Assembly (NCBI GenBank): GCA_033763315.1
Contig: JANRKS010000029.1
Coordinates: 32,001-96,000 of the forward strand
Direction of reading: 5' to 3'
DNA from: Deltaproteobacteria bacterium
GTDB taxonomy: Bacteria > Myxococcota_A > Polyangia > Fen-1088
DNA length: 64,000 nucleotides
In this document: positions 28,292 to 37,114 of the stretch, one piece after another
Numbering within the stretch: the first letter of the stretch is position 1
How the letters are laid out: each line of letters starts with the position of its first letter
Notes under the pieces: generated by a model
What the model saw: only the letters and a program-made list of their open reading frames with translations
Told to the model about the DNA's origin: nothing
Database searches by the model: none
Program-made: the position numbers and the translations under genes

Positions 28292-28789
28292 ATGGACCGC
28301 GCCGCCACATTGATTCAGAAACTCGGTCTGCAACCACATCCCGAACGCGGCTTCTTCGCGGAGACGTACCGCTCGCCACAGCGCATTGACAGCCAGCTTC
28401 ACGGCGGCACACGCGCCGCCAGCACCGCGATCTATTTTCTCATCAACGCCGAGCACGGCGCCACGTACCTGCACCGTCTGATCTCAGACGAGATCTTTCA
28501 TTTCTACGAAGGCGGCCCACTCGACGTGTTGATGTTGTTTGCCGACGGTCGCGGCGAGGTGAGGCGCCTTGGTACAAACATCGAAGCAGGTGAGCGTCCA
28601 CAGATCGTGATCCCCGCAGGCACTTGGTTTGGCACCGCATTGCCGGCGGGTGTCTCGCATTGTTTGTTCGGCTGCACCGTCGCGCCAGGTTTCGAATTCG
28701 AAGACTTCGCGTTGGCGCAAGGCCCCGAGTTGGCGGTGCGCTATCCTTCGTTCGCGGGTCTCATCGCGCGCATGAGCCGTCACGGTTGA
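28292..28789 (+). CDS. Cupin_5 (DUF985) family protein
   Basis: LQPHPERGFFAETYRS, STAIYFL, SDEIFHFYEG and CTVAPGFEFEDF. TATTCT lies 7 nt before the ATG. Confidence 0.92.
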   Translation: MDRAATLIQKLGLQPHPERGFFAETYRSPQRIDSQLHGGTRAASTAIYFLINAEHGATYLHRLISDEIFHFYEGGPLDVLMLFADGRGEVRRLGTNIEAGERPQIVIPAGTWFGTALPAGVSHCLFGCTVAPGFEFEDFALAQGPELAVRYPSFAGLIARMSRHG

Positions 28790-28998
28790 AACGCTGAGGA
28801 CCTCGCCCACGCATTCCACGTGCGCCTTGATGTGCCCATGTCGGCAAAGGTAACCGGCGGCGGCCGCTGCACGTCACCAAACGTGGGCGCTCTCCTATCG
28901 GAAACGCAAACTTCGGGCATCATGGGTATCCGCAGAAAATGTGCGCCGCGCTTAGATCCTTTTGTGAAGGCGTGCGTTTACGAGGATGGAGGGCTTGG

Positions 28999-31900
28999 AT
29001 GCTCAAACGAACCGCGTTGTTGTGCTTTTTTTCGGGAACGGTGGCCGCACCTTTGGGTGCCTGCAAAACGAACCAAACTTCTGTGGAGGGGGCCGCCGGC
29101 GCATTAGCCTCAGGCCCCGCGGGAGGTTCAGGCGCCGCCAAGGCGTTGGCCCCGCAAGGCGCAGAGAAAGCGCCGCCTGAAAGCGGCCGTGCCGCCGAAA
29201 CGCCGCTGGTGGGCGAGGTGGCCACGAAGATCGAATCGCACTTCGCGGGGAAAAACAGCCAACGCATTTATGTGCAAGTGGATAAGCCGCTTTACCAGCC
29301 GGGCGAAACCATTTGGATCAAAACATGGGATCTCAAGCTACGCGACTTCTCGGGTGGCGGCGCCAACGGCATTCACTACGAGTTGGTAAGCCCCAAGGGC
29401 GCCACTGTGGTGCAAAAGTACGTGCAGCAAGACGCGGGCATGGCCACCAACGATTTCGTGATCCCCGAAGGCGTTGAAGGCGGCGAGTATTCTTTGCGTG
29501 TGCGCACCGACGATGGCGTGAGCGAAACGCGCCCCGTGGTGGTGAGTGCCTATGAAGCGCCTCGGCTGAAGAAAAAGCTCGAGTTTTTGCGCAAGGCTTA
29601 CGGGCCGGGCGATGAAGTGAGCGCAACGGTGAAGGTGGAACGGCCCACCGGCGAAGTGCTTGCGGGCAAGAAGCTGCAAGGTGTGATCATGCTGGACGAT
29701 CGCAACTTGCCCAACGTTGAAGCCACCACCGATGGCCAAGGCGGCGCTGTGGTGAAGTTCAAGTTGCCCGACAACATTGATAAGGGCGATGGCCTGCTTA
29801 CTGTGCTTGTGCAAGACGGCGGCATCACCGAGTCGATCAGCAAGCGTGTGCCAATCGTGTTGAAGAAGCTGCAGCTTTCTGTGTTCCCTGAGGGCGGCGA
29901 TCTAGTGGAAGGCCTGCAAAGCCGGATCTATTTCGAGGCACAAACGATGCTCGGCAAGCCTGCCGACATGGAAGGCAAGATCGTTGACGATCAAGGCCAA
30001 ACGGCGGCGCTGTTGCGGACGCATCATTTCGGTTTGGGCCGCGGCACGTTCACTCCTGCGCCTGGCCGCACGTACCACGTTGAAGTCACGCAGCCCGTGG
30101 GCATCGATCTGCATTACCCCTTGCCCGCCGTGAAGCCCGAAGGTTGTGTGCTGCGTACGTTCGATGACTACGATGGCGTGGTGCCCGAGCTGCGCGTGGG
30201 GGTCATGTGCTCAACGGATAAAGACGCGCTTTTGACCGCGGTTGTGCGTGAAAACCTATTCGATGCCGCGCGCGTTCAAGTCAAAGCCGGACGGCAAGCC
30301 GTTGTGTATTTGAAAGCGAAGACCAAAACGCTGGCCAAAGCGCAAGGCATTGCGCGTGTGACCTTGTTTGATGAAAACAAGAACCCGCTGGCCGAACGCG
30401 TGGTGTTCCGCAACCGACGCAATGGCTTGGTGGTCAAGGTTGAGCCCGACGCCGAAAGCTACAGCCCGCGGGAACAGGTGGCGTTGACGGTGCGCACAGA
30501 AGACAGTGAAGGCCAACCTGTGCCAGCCGAAGTGGCGCTGTCTGTTGTGGACGATACGGTGGTTAGTTTCGCCGATGATAAGACAGGGCACTTGTTGAGC
30601 CGCGTGTTGTTTGAGCAGGACATCCCCGGCAAGGTGGAGGAGCCCAAGTTCTTCTTCGATGTCACTGAAGCCAAGGCACCTGCGGCGTTGGATATGTTGA
30701 TGGGCACGCGCGGGTGGCGTCACTTCGTGTGGCAGCCTGTGTTTTCGCCGCCGCCACCTTCGATGCCTTTGGGTGCGATCGGGTCTGGCATGGGTGGCGG
30801 GGGCGCTCGGCCTCGGCCTATGCCTCGGCGTGGCATCCCTGCCATGGAGATGGCCGAAGGTGCGCTGCCGCCCGAAGCAGCGATGGCGTTGCCCGCGCCG
30901 CCGCCCGCGATGCCGAAAGGTGCCATGCCTCAACCTCCCGGCGCACCAGCGGCGATGCGTATGCCGGCCGCTCCGCCCGTGGCGCAAGCCAAACCGGTGG
31001 CGCGCGCCGATGTCGCGGACCGTGCTGTGGCGGCACCCGAAAAGAAGAAGATCATGATGAAGGAAGAGGCCGAGGCGCCAAGGGATCAGGCGCCGGCCCA
31101 AGCGGTGGGCGGTTTGCGGGGCCGGGTGGCCGGCAAGAGAGCCCGCGCTATGGACGACGAGCTCGCCGCCTTGGATGCGGACGAAGCGGTTGCGAACAAT
31201 GCGATTGTCCGCCGCCCGCGGCCCATGGGCTTTGCACCCGTGCGTGAATTTCCCGCGCCCAAGTACACAGGGGCGTTCGACGGTGTGCGCACCGATTTTC
31301 GCGAGACGATCGCGTTTGCGCCGCGCGTACGCACCGACAACAAGGGCAAAGGCATTGTCACCTTCTATTTGTCGGATGCCGTAACTTCATTCCGCGTGTT
31401 CGCTGAAGGCGTTGGGGGGGCACAGATCGGCCGCGCAGAGAAGGTCTTCAAATCGAGCCTGCCGTTCTCGATGAGTGTGAAGTTGCCCTTGGAAGTCAGC
31501 GCTGGCGATCAGATGTTGCTGCCGTTGACCTTGAGCAACGAACGCAGCGAGGCGTTGCCCGTGACGCTCACGTCAAGCTTTGGCGATCTTATCGACGTCA
31601 CACAAAACCCAGACGTGCCAAAGCAACTTGGCGCGCGAGCTCGCAGCAGCCTATTTTATGGCGTCACGGTCAAGGGCCAGCCTGGCGAAAGCAAAGTGTC
31701 GTTCGCGGCGCAAGCGGGCGGCTTGAAGGATGAGTTCTCGCGCACGTTGACGGTGGTGCCGCTTGGGTTTCCACAAACCGTATCGCGCAGCGGCTCTGTG
31801 AAAGGGCAGGCGCAGATCACGTTCGACACGGGCGCTGCACTGCCTGGGAGCATGGACGCAAAGCTAACGATCTACACCAGCCCCACGGCCACGCTGCTTT

Positions 31901-33354
31901 CGGGCCTCGATGGCATGATCCGCGAGCCTTATGGCTGCTTCGAGCAAACCAGCAGCACCAATTATCCCAACGTGATGGTGTTGTCGTATCTGAAAACGCA
32001 GAACGTTGTGGCGCCCGATCTGCTTAACCGTACGAACCAAATGATCGAACGTGGCTACCAGAAGCTCGTGGGCTTTGAAACGGGTGAGAAGGGATATGAG
32101 TGGTTTGGCCAAGCGCCCGCGCACGAAGCCTTGAGCGCGTATGGCGTGCTTGAGTTCGCCGATATGCAGAAGGCTTGGGGCGGCGTGAGCGAGCCCATGG
32201 TGGCTCGCACGGTGGCCTATTTAAAGACGCGACGGGATGGCAAAGGCGGATTTGCCCGCAACCCACGGGCGCTTGATAGCTTCGGTGGCGCCAAGCCTGA
32301 AATCACCGACGCTTACATCGTCTATGCGTTTACCGAGGCCGGATACTTTGATCTTGTGCCTGAAATCGCTGCCCAGGCCCAAGTGGCACGCGATACGCGT
32401 GATCCATATCTGTTGGCCTTGGCCACCAACACACTGTTGAACGTGCCCCAGCGCAAGTCTGAAGGCATGGCGGCTGCAGCGCGCTTGGTTTCAATGCAAG
32501 ACAAGACCACGGGCAAGTGGACAGGGGCCGATCACTCCATCACGCGCAGCACCGGATACAACTTGGATGTGGAAACCACATCGTTGGCGCTCTTGGCCTT
32601 GCTGAAGACGAAGGCTTTCGCTGGCGAAGTGCAAATGGGCATCAAATATCTCGTGGGCGCACGGCAAGGACACGGCGATTGGGGCGCCACGCAATCAACT
32701 GTGTTGGCGCTTAAAGCCTTGACCACATACACAGTGGCTTCGAAGCAGATGGCATCCTCTGGGCAAGTGCAGGTCATGGTCAATGGCCGCGTTGTGGCCA
32801 CGCAATCGTATGAGGCCGGCCGTAAGGAGCCGCTTGTTCTACAAGGCTGGGGCAGCGCGCTTACGGCGGGCACCAACGCGGTTCAGATCATTCACAATGG
32901 TCAGAACGACTTGCCTTACAGCCTGGCGGTGGACTTCCGTTCGGCGCGGCCGGCATCGGACCCCGCCACAGTGGTGGACCTGGAAACCAAGCTTGCCAAG
33001 ACCAGCGTGAAGATGGGCGAGACGGTGCGCGTCGTGGCCACCATCAAGAACAAGACGTCTTCGGGTCAACCCATGACGATGGCGATCATCGGGCTGCCTG
33101 GAGGCCTGGCGTTCCAGAACTGGCAACTCAAAGAGTTGGTGGACAACAAAGTCATTGGCTTCTTTGAGACCCGGCCACGCGAGGTGATCGTGTACTTGCG
33201 CGACATGAAGCCCAACGAAGTCAAAGAGGTGCCGCTTGACTTGGTGGCCACTGTGCCTGGCAATTACACAGGCCCTGCGTCGCGCGCTTATCTGTACTAC
33301 AGCAACGATAAGCGGACCTGGATCGATCCGCTCAAGGTTCAGATCGCACCGTGA
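28999..33354 (+). CDS. Alpha-2-macroglobulin family lipoprotein with thioester motif
   Basis: LGAC lipobox, DKPLYQPGE (MG2), VALSVVD, a Pro/Met-rich bait-like region, RTDFRET, PYGCFEQTSS and C-terminal G.Y.GPASRAYLYY. SD GGAGG precedes ATG 28999. Confidence 0.92.
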   Translation: MLKRTALLCFFSGTVAAPLGACKTNQTSVEGAAGALASGPAGGSGAAKALAPQGAEKAPPESGRAAETPLVGEVATKIESHFAGKNSQRIYVQVDKPLYQPGETIWIKTWDLKLRDFSGGGANGIHYELVSPKGATVVQKYVQQDAGMATNDFVIPEGVEGGEYSLRVRTDDGVSETRPVVVSAYEAPRLKKKLEFLRKAYGPGDEVSATVKVERPTGEVLAGKKLQGVIMLDDRNLPNVEATTDGQGGAVVKFKLPDNIDKGDGLLTVLVQDGGITESISKRVPIVLKKLQLSVFPEGGDLVEGLQSRIYFEAQTMLGKPADMEGKIVDDQGQTAALLRTHHFGLGRGTFTPAPGRTYHVEVTQPVGIDLHYPLPAVKPEGCVLRTFDDYDGVVPELRVGVMCSTDKDALLTAVVRENLFDAARVQVKAGRQAVVYLKAKTKTLAKAQGIARVTLFDENKNPLAERVVFRNRRNGLVVKVEPDAESYSPREQVALTVRTEDSEGQPVPAEVALSVVDDTVVSFADDKTGHLLSRVLFEQDIPGKVEEPKFFFDVTEAKAPAALDMLMGTRGWRHFVWQPVFSPPPPSMPLGAIGSGMGGGGARPRPMPRRGIPAMEMAEGALPPEAAMALPAPPPAMPKGAMPQPPGAPAAMRMPAAPPVAQAKPVARADVADRAVAAPEKKKIMMKEEAEAPRDQAPAQAVGGLRGRVAGKRARAMDDELAALDADEAVANNAIVRRPRPMGFAPVREFPAPKYTGAFDGVRTDFRETIAFAPRVRTDNKGKGIVTFYLSDAVTSFRVFAEGVGGAQIGRAEKVFKSSLPFSMSVKLPLEVSAGDQMLLPLTLSNERSEALPVTLTSSFGDLIDVTQNPDVPKQLGARARSSLFYGVTVKGQPGESKVSFAAQAGGLKDEFSRTLTVVPLGFPQTVSRSGSVKGQAQITFDTGAALPGSMDAKLTIYTSPTATLLSGLDGMIREPYGCFEQTSSTNYPNVMVLSYLKTQNVVAPDLLNRTNQMIERGYQKLVGFETGEKGYEWFGQAPAHEALSAYGVLEFADMQKAWGGVSEPMVARTVAYLKTRRDGKGGFARNPRALDSFGGAKPEITDAYIVYAFTEAGYFDLVPEIAAQAQVARDTRDPYLLALATNTLLNVPQRKSEGMAAAARLVSMQDKTTGKWTGADHSITRSTGYNLDVETTSLALLALLKTKAFAGEVQMGIKYLVGARQGHGDWGATQSTVLALKALTTYTVASKQMASSGQVQVMVNGRVVATQSYEAGRKEPLVLQGWGSALTAGTNAVQIIHNGQNDLPYSLAVDFRSARPASDPATVVDLETKLAKTSVKMGETVRVVATIKNKTSSGQPMTMAIIGLPGGLAFQNWQLKELVDNKVIGFFETRPREVIVYLRDMKPNEVKEVPLDLVATVPGNYTGPASRAYLYYSNDKRTWIDPLKVQIAP

Positions 33355-33355
33355 T

Positions 33356-33418
33356 GTGAACATCGAAGGGCGTCTTCATGCCGCGGACCCAGGCACGTGA
33401 AGACGCCCGATCGTTCGC
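33356..33418. repeat. Long hairpin directly after the A2M stop
   Basis: Perfect 11-bp arms GGGCGTCTTCA (33368-33378) and TGAAGACGCCC (33398-33408), with inner TGCC/GGCA and outer GAAC/GTTC pairing. Confidence 0.55.
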
Positions 33419-33583
33419 CCGCGACGTCGCCACCAGAGGCTGTGTGCCTCGAACCGAGCGTGGGCAATCCGCCGGCCCCTTTTACCCGCTTGCCCACATT
33501 AGGCGCAAAACAAATGCGCTGCGTCGTCATCAGAAGAATTGCGCCCAGCGCCTTGGCGTGGAATTGTCTGTGCAGTTTTACCC

Positions 33584-34381
33584 ATGTCGAGCCAAGTCGA
33601 TGAGTTGACCCAAGCCGTTCGAGACGTTGCCCTTCAGATCAATGCCGCCCAAGAGCGCGCTGAGGATCGTGAGGTGGTGACGGCCGCCCACTTAGCCGCC
33701 GATGCTTTGTCCGCCCGTTTCAAGGCGTTTTACGAAACGCTCAGTGATGGCGAAAAGATGAAGATCGACCGCACCCTTGGCCGCCGCGTGCAAGACATCC
33801 GCCGCTCTGCCTCGCTCTTGCCCCGCATCGGCAACATCGCTGGAAGCACCCCTGACAGGCACCCCACCAACGCTTCGGGTGTCAGCGAACGCCGCATCAC
33901 CGGCGTGTCATGGGGTTCCGAGAATTCCCTGCAAAAAGGCCGCGGTTTGCGTGTGGGCGGCGAAGTGGAAGCCTGGTGTGGCCCTTGCGCGGGCCTTACC
34001 GACCACACCATCGTGGCCATGGTGGGCGAGCTGCCAAAGCAAGTGATTTGCCAAGCCTGCAACAACCGCCACGGCTACCGCACCACGCCCGCCCGCAAGG
34101 CCGAGCCCGTGGCGTCGGACGAGCCGCAGGAGCAGGTGAGCGAATATGTGTCGCCACCCAAGGCCACACAAAAAACGGTGGAACAAAACGCGTTGGCCAA
34201 TCTTGTGAACGCGGCCATCGAAAGCGGTACGATTCGGCAATTTGACCCCAAAGAGCGCTACAAGACGGGCGAGATCATCTCGCATCCGCTGTGGGGCCGC
34301 GGGCGCATCGAGACCGTGTTACGCGCAAGCCTCTTGGTGAAATTCGTCAACGGCGGCCTCAAAGCCGTTTCGTTGCAATAG
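33584..34381 (+). CDS. Hypothetical protein with a zinc-ribbon-like and a C-terminal SH3/Tudor-like domain
   Basis: WCGPC...H...CQACNNRH and C-terminal YKTGEIISHPLWGRGRI...VKF. Confidence 0.75.
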   Translation: MSSQVDELTQAVRDVALQINAAQERAEDREVVTAAHLAADALSARFKAFYETLSDGEKMKIDRTLGRRVQDIRRSASLLPRIGNIAGSTPDRHPTNASGVSERRITGVSWGSENSLQKGRGLRVGGEVEAWCGPCAGLTDHTIVAMVGELPKQVICQACNNRHGYRTTPARKAEPVASDEPQEQVSEYVSPPKATQKTVEQNALANLVNAAIESGTIRQFDPKERYKTGEIISHPLWGRGRIETVLRASLLVKFVNGGLKAVSLQ

Positions 34382-34444
34382 CGCCAGCCGCTGGACGTCC
34401 CCTGGCGGCGGCGTCTCTGGAAGGCGTCAACAAGCCTGTGTCTT

Positions 34445-34478
34445 TTCAAGACGCGTTGAGGCCGTGATACGCTGAGGC
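34445..34478 (+). promoter_or_regulatory. Sigma70-like leaderless promoter
   Basis: TTCAAG-N17-TACGCT with an extended TG, 5 nt before ATG 34479. Confidence 0.5.
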
Positions 34479-35132
34479 ATGGCAACACATGCGCATGGCC
34501 CTGGGCGTGCTCGTTTAGATGCCCTGTTGGATGCACGCAACGAACACCCCGAGCGGCTCGCCAGCATCGATGCGGTGATCGCCGCCGAGTTTGCGCAGAC
34601 GCACGCGGTGTTGGTTCTGGATATGTCGGGCTTCTCGCGTTTGGTGGCTCGTTACGGCACCACCCACTACTTGGCGATGATCCGCCGCATGCAGACCACC
34701 GCGGTGCCGATGGTGCAAAACCACGGAGGCCGCTTGGTGAAACAAGAAGCCGACAACCTGTTCTGCGTGTTTCGCACGGTGGATCAAGCCGTGGCAGGAG
34801 CGCGAGGCATCAACGGCGCGTTTGCGGAAGCCAATCGCTTTTTGCCCGAAGACTGGGACATTCACGTATCCATCGGCATCGGCTTTGGCGAAGTGTTGAT
34901 GATCGATGAATGCGATATGTTTGGCCACGAGATGAATCTGGCATCGAAGCTGGGCGAGGATGTGGCGTTGGCGGGGCAGGTGTTGCTCACCGAGGCCGCT
35001 CATGCAGCGTTGGCCACCGCCGAGTCCGCAACGTTCGATGAGGCATGGTTTGGCCGCTTGCGCGTCAGCTTCTGGCGCTTGCAGCGCACCGACGCGGTGG
35101 TGCCGGCCGAACAACTCCGCGGACCGGCCTAG
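34479..35132 (+). CDS. Stand-alone class III adenylate/guanylate cyclase domain protein
   Basis: VLVLDMSGFS, VKQEADNL, VSIGIGFG, DMFGHEMNLASKLGE and VLLT. Confidence 0.85.
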   Translation: MATHAHGPGRARLDALLDARNEHPERLASIDAVIAAEFAQTHAVLVLDMSGFSRLVARYGTTHYLAMIRRMQTTAVPMVQNHGGRLVKQEADNLFCVFRTVDQAVAGARGINGAFAEANRFLPEDWDIHVSIGIGFGEVLMIDECDMFGHEMNLASKLGEDVALAGQVLLTEAAHAALATAESATFDEAWFGRLRVSFWRLQRTDAVVPAEQLRGPA

Positions 35133-35953
35133 TTGACTGTGAATGTGACAGGCGCCAGCACTGCTGGTGTGCCCACCGGGGTTGAGTAATTCGCAGGGTT
35201 CAGCTGCGAGAGGGCGGCGCCCGCCGCATTCAAAAGCCGATACTGCAAAGCATAGTCGCCATCCGGTACGGCTTGTGTGAGGCCCGTGCCATCCACGCAT
35301 GCAAAGCGAAAAACGAAGGGGGGCAAATCCTTTGTGGTGGCTGTCAGTTCAACGGCTGTGGCGCCGACCGAAGCACATGTGACAGGCGTGTTGGGTGCAG
35401 CTGCGCGGGCGATCGACCAACGCGCGGAGAATGATTGGATCTCAAACACGATGCCGCCGATGTCTGTGACGCCTGTGGGCGCCAGCGAAAGTGGAATCAC
35501 GATCGAACTGACCTCCACGTTGTCACCACGCAACAGACGCACAGCAAGTGAGTAGGGGCCAGGCGGCAACGGCAGCTGCACGCCCTTTTGAGCGCTGCAG
35601 GGGAACAAAAAATCCTTGCGGAAGCCCGTGCTGGTGTTGGTGGCCGCGACAGCCAAAGTGTTGGTGCCGGCCTCTTCGCAAAGCACAACGTCATTAATGG
35701 GCGGCCCCACGTCTTCAATCGTCCAGTCTAAAAAGAAGGCCGTGGTGAAGTTTGCGTCTGTGTCAGCATCGGTCGCTGCACCCGCGTCGCCGCGTGCATC
35801 AAGGTCAAGCGGCGAGGCATCCGGAAGCGTCACCACAGCGGCATCTGGGGTGCCGTCATTCCCATCGGATCGTCCGCGAAAGCTCCCATCACCCGAGGAG
35901 CAAGCGCCGAGGCCAATCGCTAACATGCAAAAAGCAACAATGGTTCGTGACAT
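35129..35953 (-). CDS. Hypothetical lipoprotein with two tandem Ig-like repeats
   Basis: LGAC lipobox and two repeats of W.I...C...G...F.C...G.Y...RLL. TATGCT lies 7 nt before ATG 35953. Confidence 0.75.
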   Translation of the reverse strand: MSRTIVAFCMLAIGLGACSSGDGSFRGRSDGNDGTPDAAVVTLPDASPLDLDARGDAGAATDADTDANFTTAFFLDWTIEDVGPPINDVVLCEEAGTNTLAVAATNTSTGFRKDFLFPCSAQKGVQLPLPPGPYSLAVRLLRGDNVEVSSIVIPLSLAPTGVTDIGGIVFEIQSFSARWSIARAAAPNTPVTCASVGATAVELTATTKDLPPFVFRFACVDGTGLTQAVPDGDYALQYRLLNAAGAALSQLNPANYSTPVGTPAVLAPVTFTVN

Positions 35954-36235
35954 GAGAAAAAGCATAACGTAACGGCCGCTCGTCTTCGCCTGTAAGCCGC
36001 GTGCAGTTTCGCCTCGCGATCTGGGGCGAGGGCGTTGTTACCAGGGCACGTGCCTTGAAGGCGATCCCGCGCGCCGCTTGCATTTTGACGTGTCGTCGTC
36101 GGCTGACACGTTGCGTTGCGTGCGTGCCCGCCTCGCTGCGTTCGCGCCCGCCAGACTCGAATCGTTTTGATGTCAGCACGCTAAATGCAGCTTGCGCTTC
36201 CATGCGGTGCGGAATCGGCTAGTCTGCCCGCGCCT

Positions 36236-37114
36236 GTGTTGGACCGAAACGCGCTTAAAAAACACCTGCCTGGCGTGGCGGGGGCTGTGGTGCTTGTGTT
36301 GGCTCTGCTTGAGACAGCTCAAGCCGTGCTGGCGCCCTCGCGTGCACCCACCGATGCGGATTGGAATGCCGCCGCCGCGGCTGTGCGGGCACAGTTTGCC
36401 GAAGGCGATCTCATTGTGGCGGCACCAGCTTGGGCCGATCCGGTGATGCGCATGCATTTGGGATCGTTGGTGCCCATCGCGATGGCCACGCGCCTGGATG
36501 ACGCCCGTTATGCACGCGTGTGGGAGATCTCTCAAAAGGGCGCCACCACACCCGAGGCGCAAGGCACAGAACGTTACCGCGCCCGCTTTGGCAACCTCAC
36601 TGTGCGGCGCGTGGAGCGTGAGCCAGCGAAGCTTAAATACGATTTTGTAGAGCAATGGCGGCAGGCGCGGGTGAGCCGACAAAGTCCCGCGGGCGTGGTC
36701 GCGTGTGCCGCTTTGCCTGATCGGATCCAGTGCCCAGACATCGCGTTCAATTGGGTGAAGCCCGCCGTGCTTGAATTCGATTTTGGTTTGCACCGCGCGC
36801 TTTACACGCAACCGGTGGCGGGCGCCGCTGTGGTGGTCGAGTTTGACGATGTGCCATTGGGGCGGACGCTCACCGTGGGCGTGGGTCTTCACCATGTTTG
36901 GTTGCGCAAAGCGGGCAGCGGCCACGTGACCTTGAACGTGCTCATCGGTGGACGATCCATCGCGCACCTCACCGTGGACAACCGGTCGCCGTGGCAACCC
37001 GTGGATCTGCCCACGGCCGCGTTTGCGGGCCAACGCCAAGTGGTGCGCTTCGAGATCACGTCAGACAATGCCTTCTCCCGGCACCTTGGTTTTGCCGCTG
37101 AGGCGCGCGAATGA
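36236..37114 (+). CDS. Membrane-anchored hypothetical protein, first gene of the GT-C operon
   Basis: N-terminal TM helix and beta-rich C-terminal domain. GTG 36236 was chosen (TAGTCT 10 nt upstream; ORF-track start is 36185). ATGA overlap with the next gene. Confidence 0.7.
   Translation: MLDRNALKKHLPGVAGAVVLVLALLETAQAVLAPSRAPTDADWNAAAAAVRAQFAEGDLIVAAPAWADPVMRMHLGSLVPIAMATRLDDARYARVWEISQKGATTPEAQGTERYRARFGNLTVRRVEREPAKLKYDFVEQWRQARVSRQSPAGVVACAALPDRIQCPDIAFNWVKPAVLEFDFGLHRALYTQPVAGAAVVVEFDDVPLGRTLTVGVGLHHVWLRKAGSGHVTLNVLIGGRSIAHLTVDNRSPWQPVDLPTAAFAGQRQVVRFEITSDNAFSRHLGFAAEARE

Noticed and set aside
34479-35132. Cyclase as a Pycsar/CBASS anti-phage component
   Set aside because: There is no adjacent cyclic-nucleotide-binding effector gene and no defence-island context.
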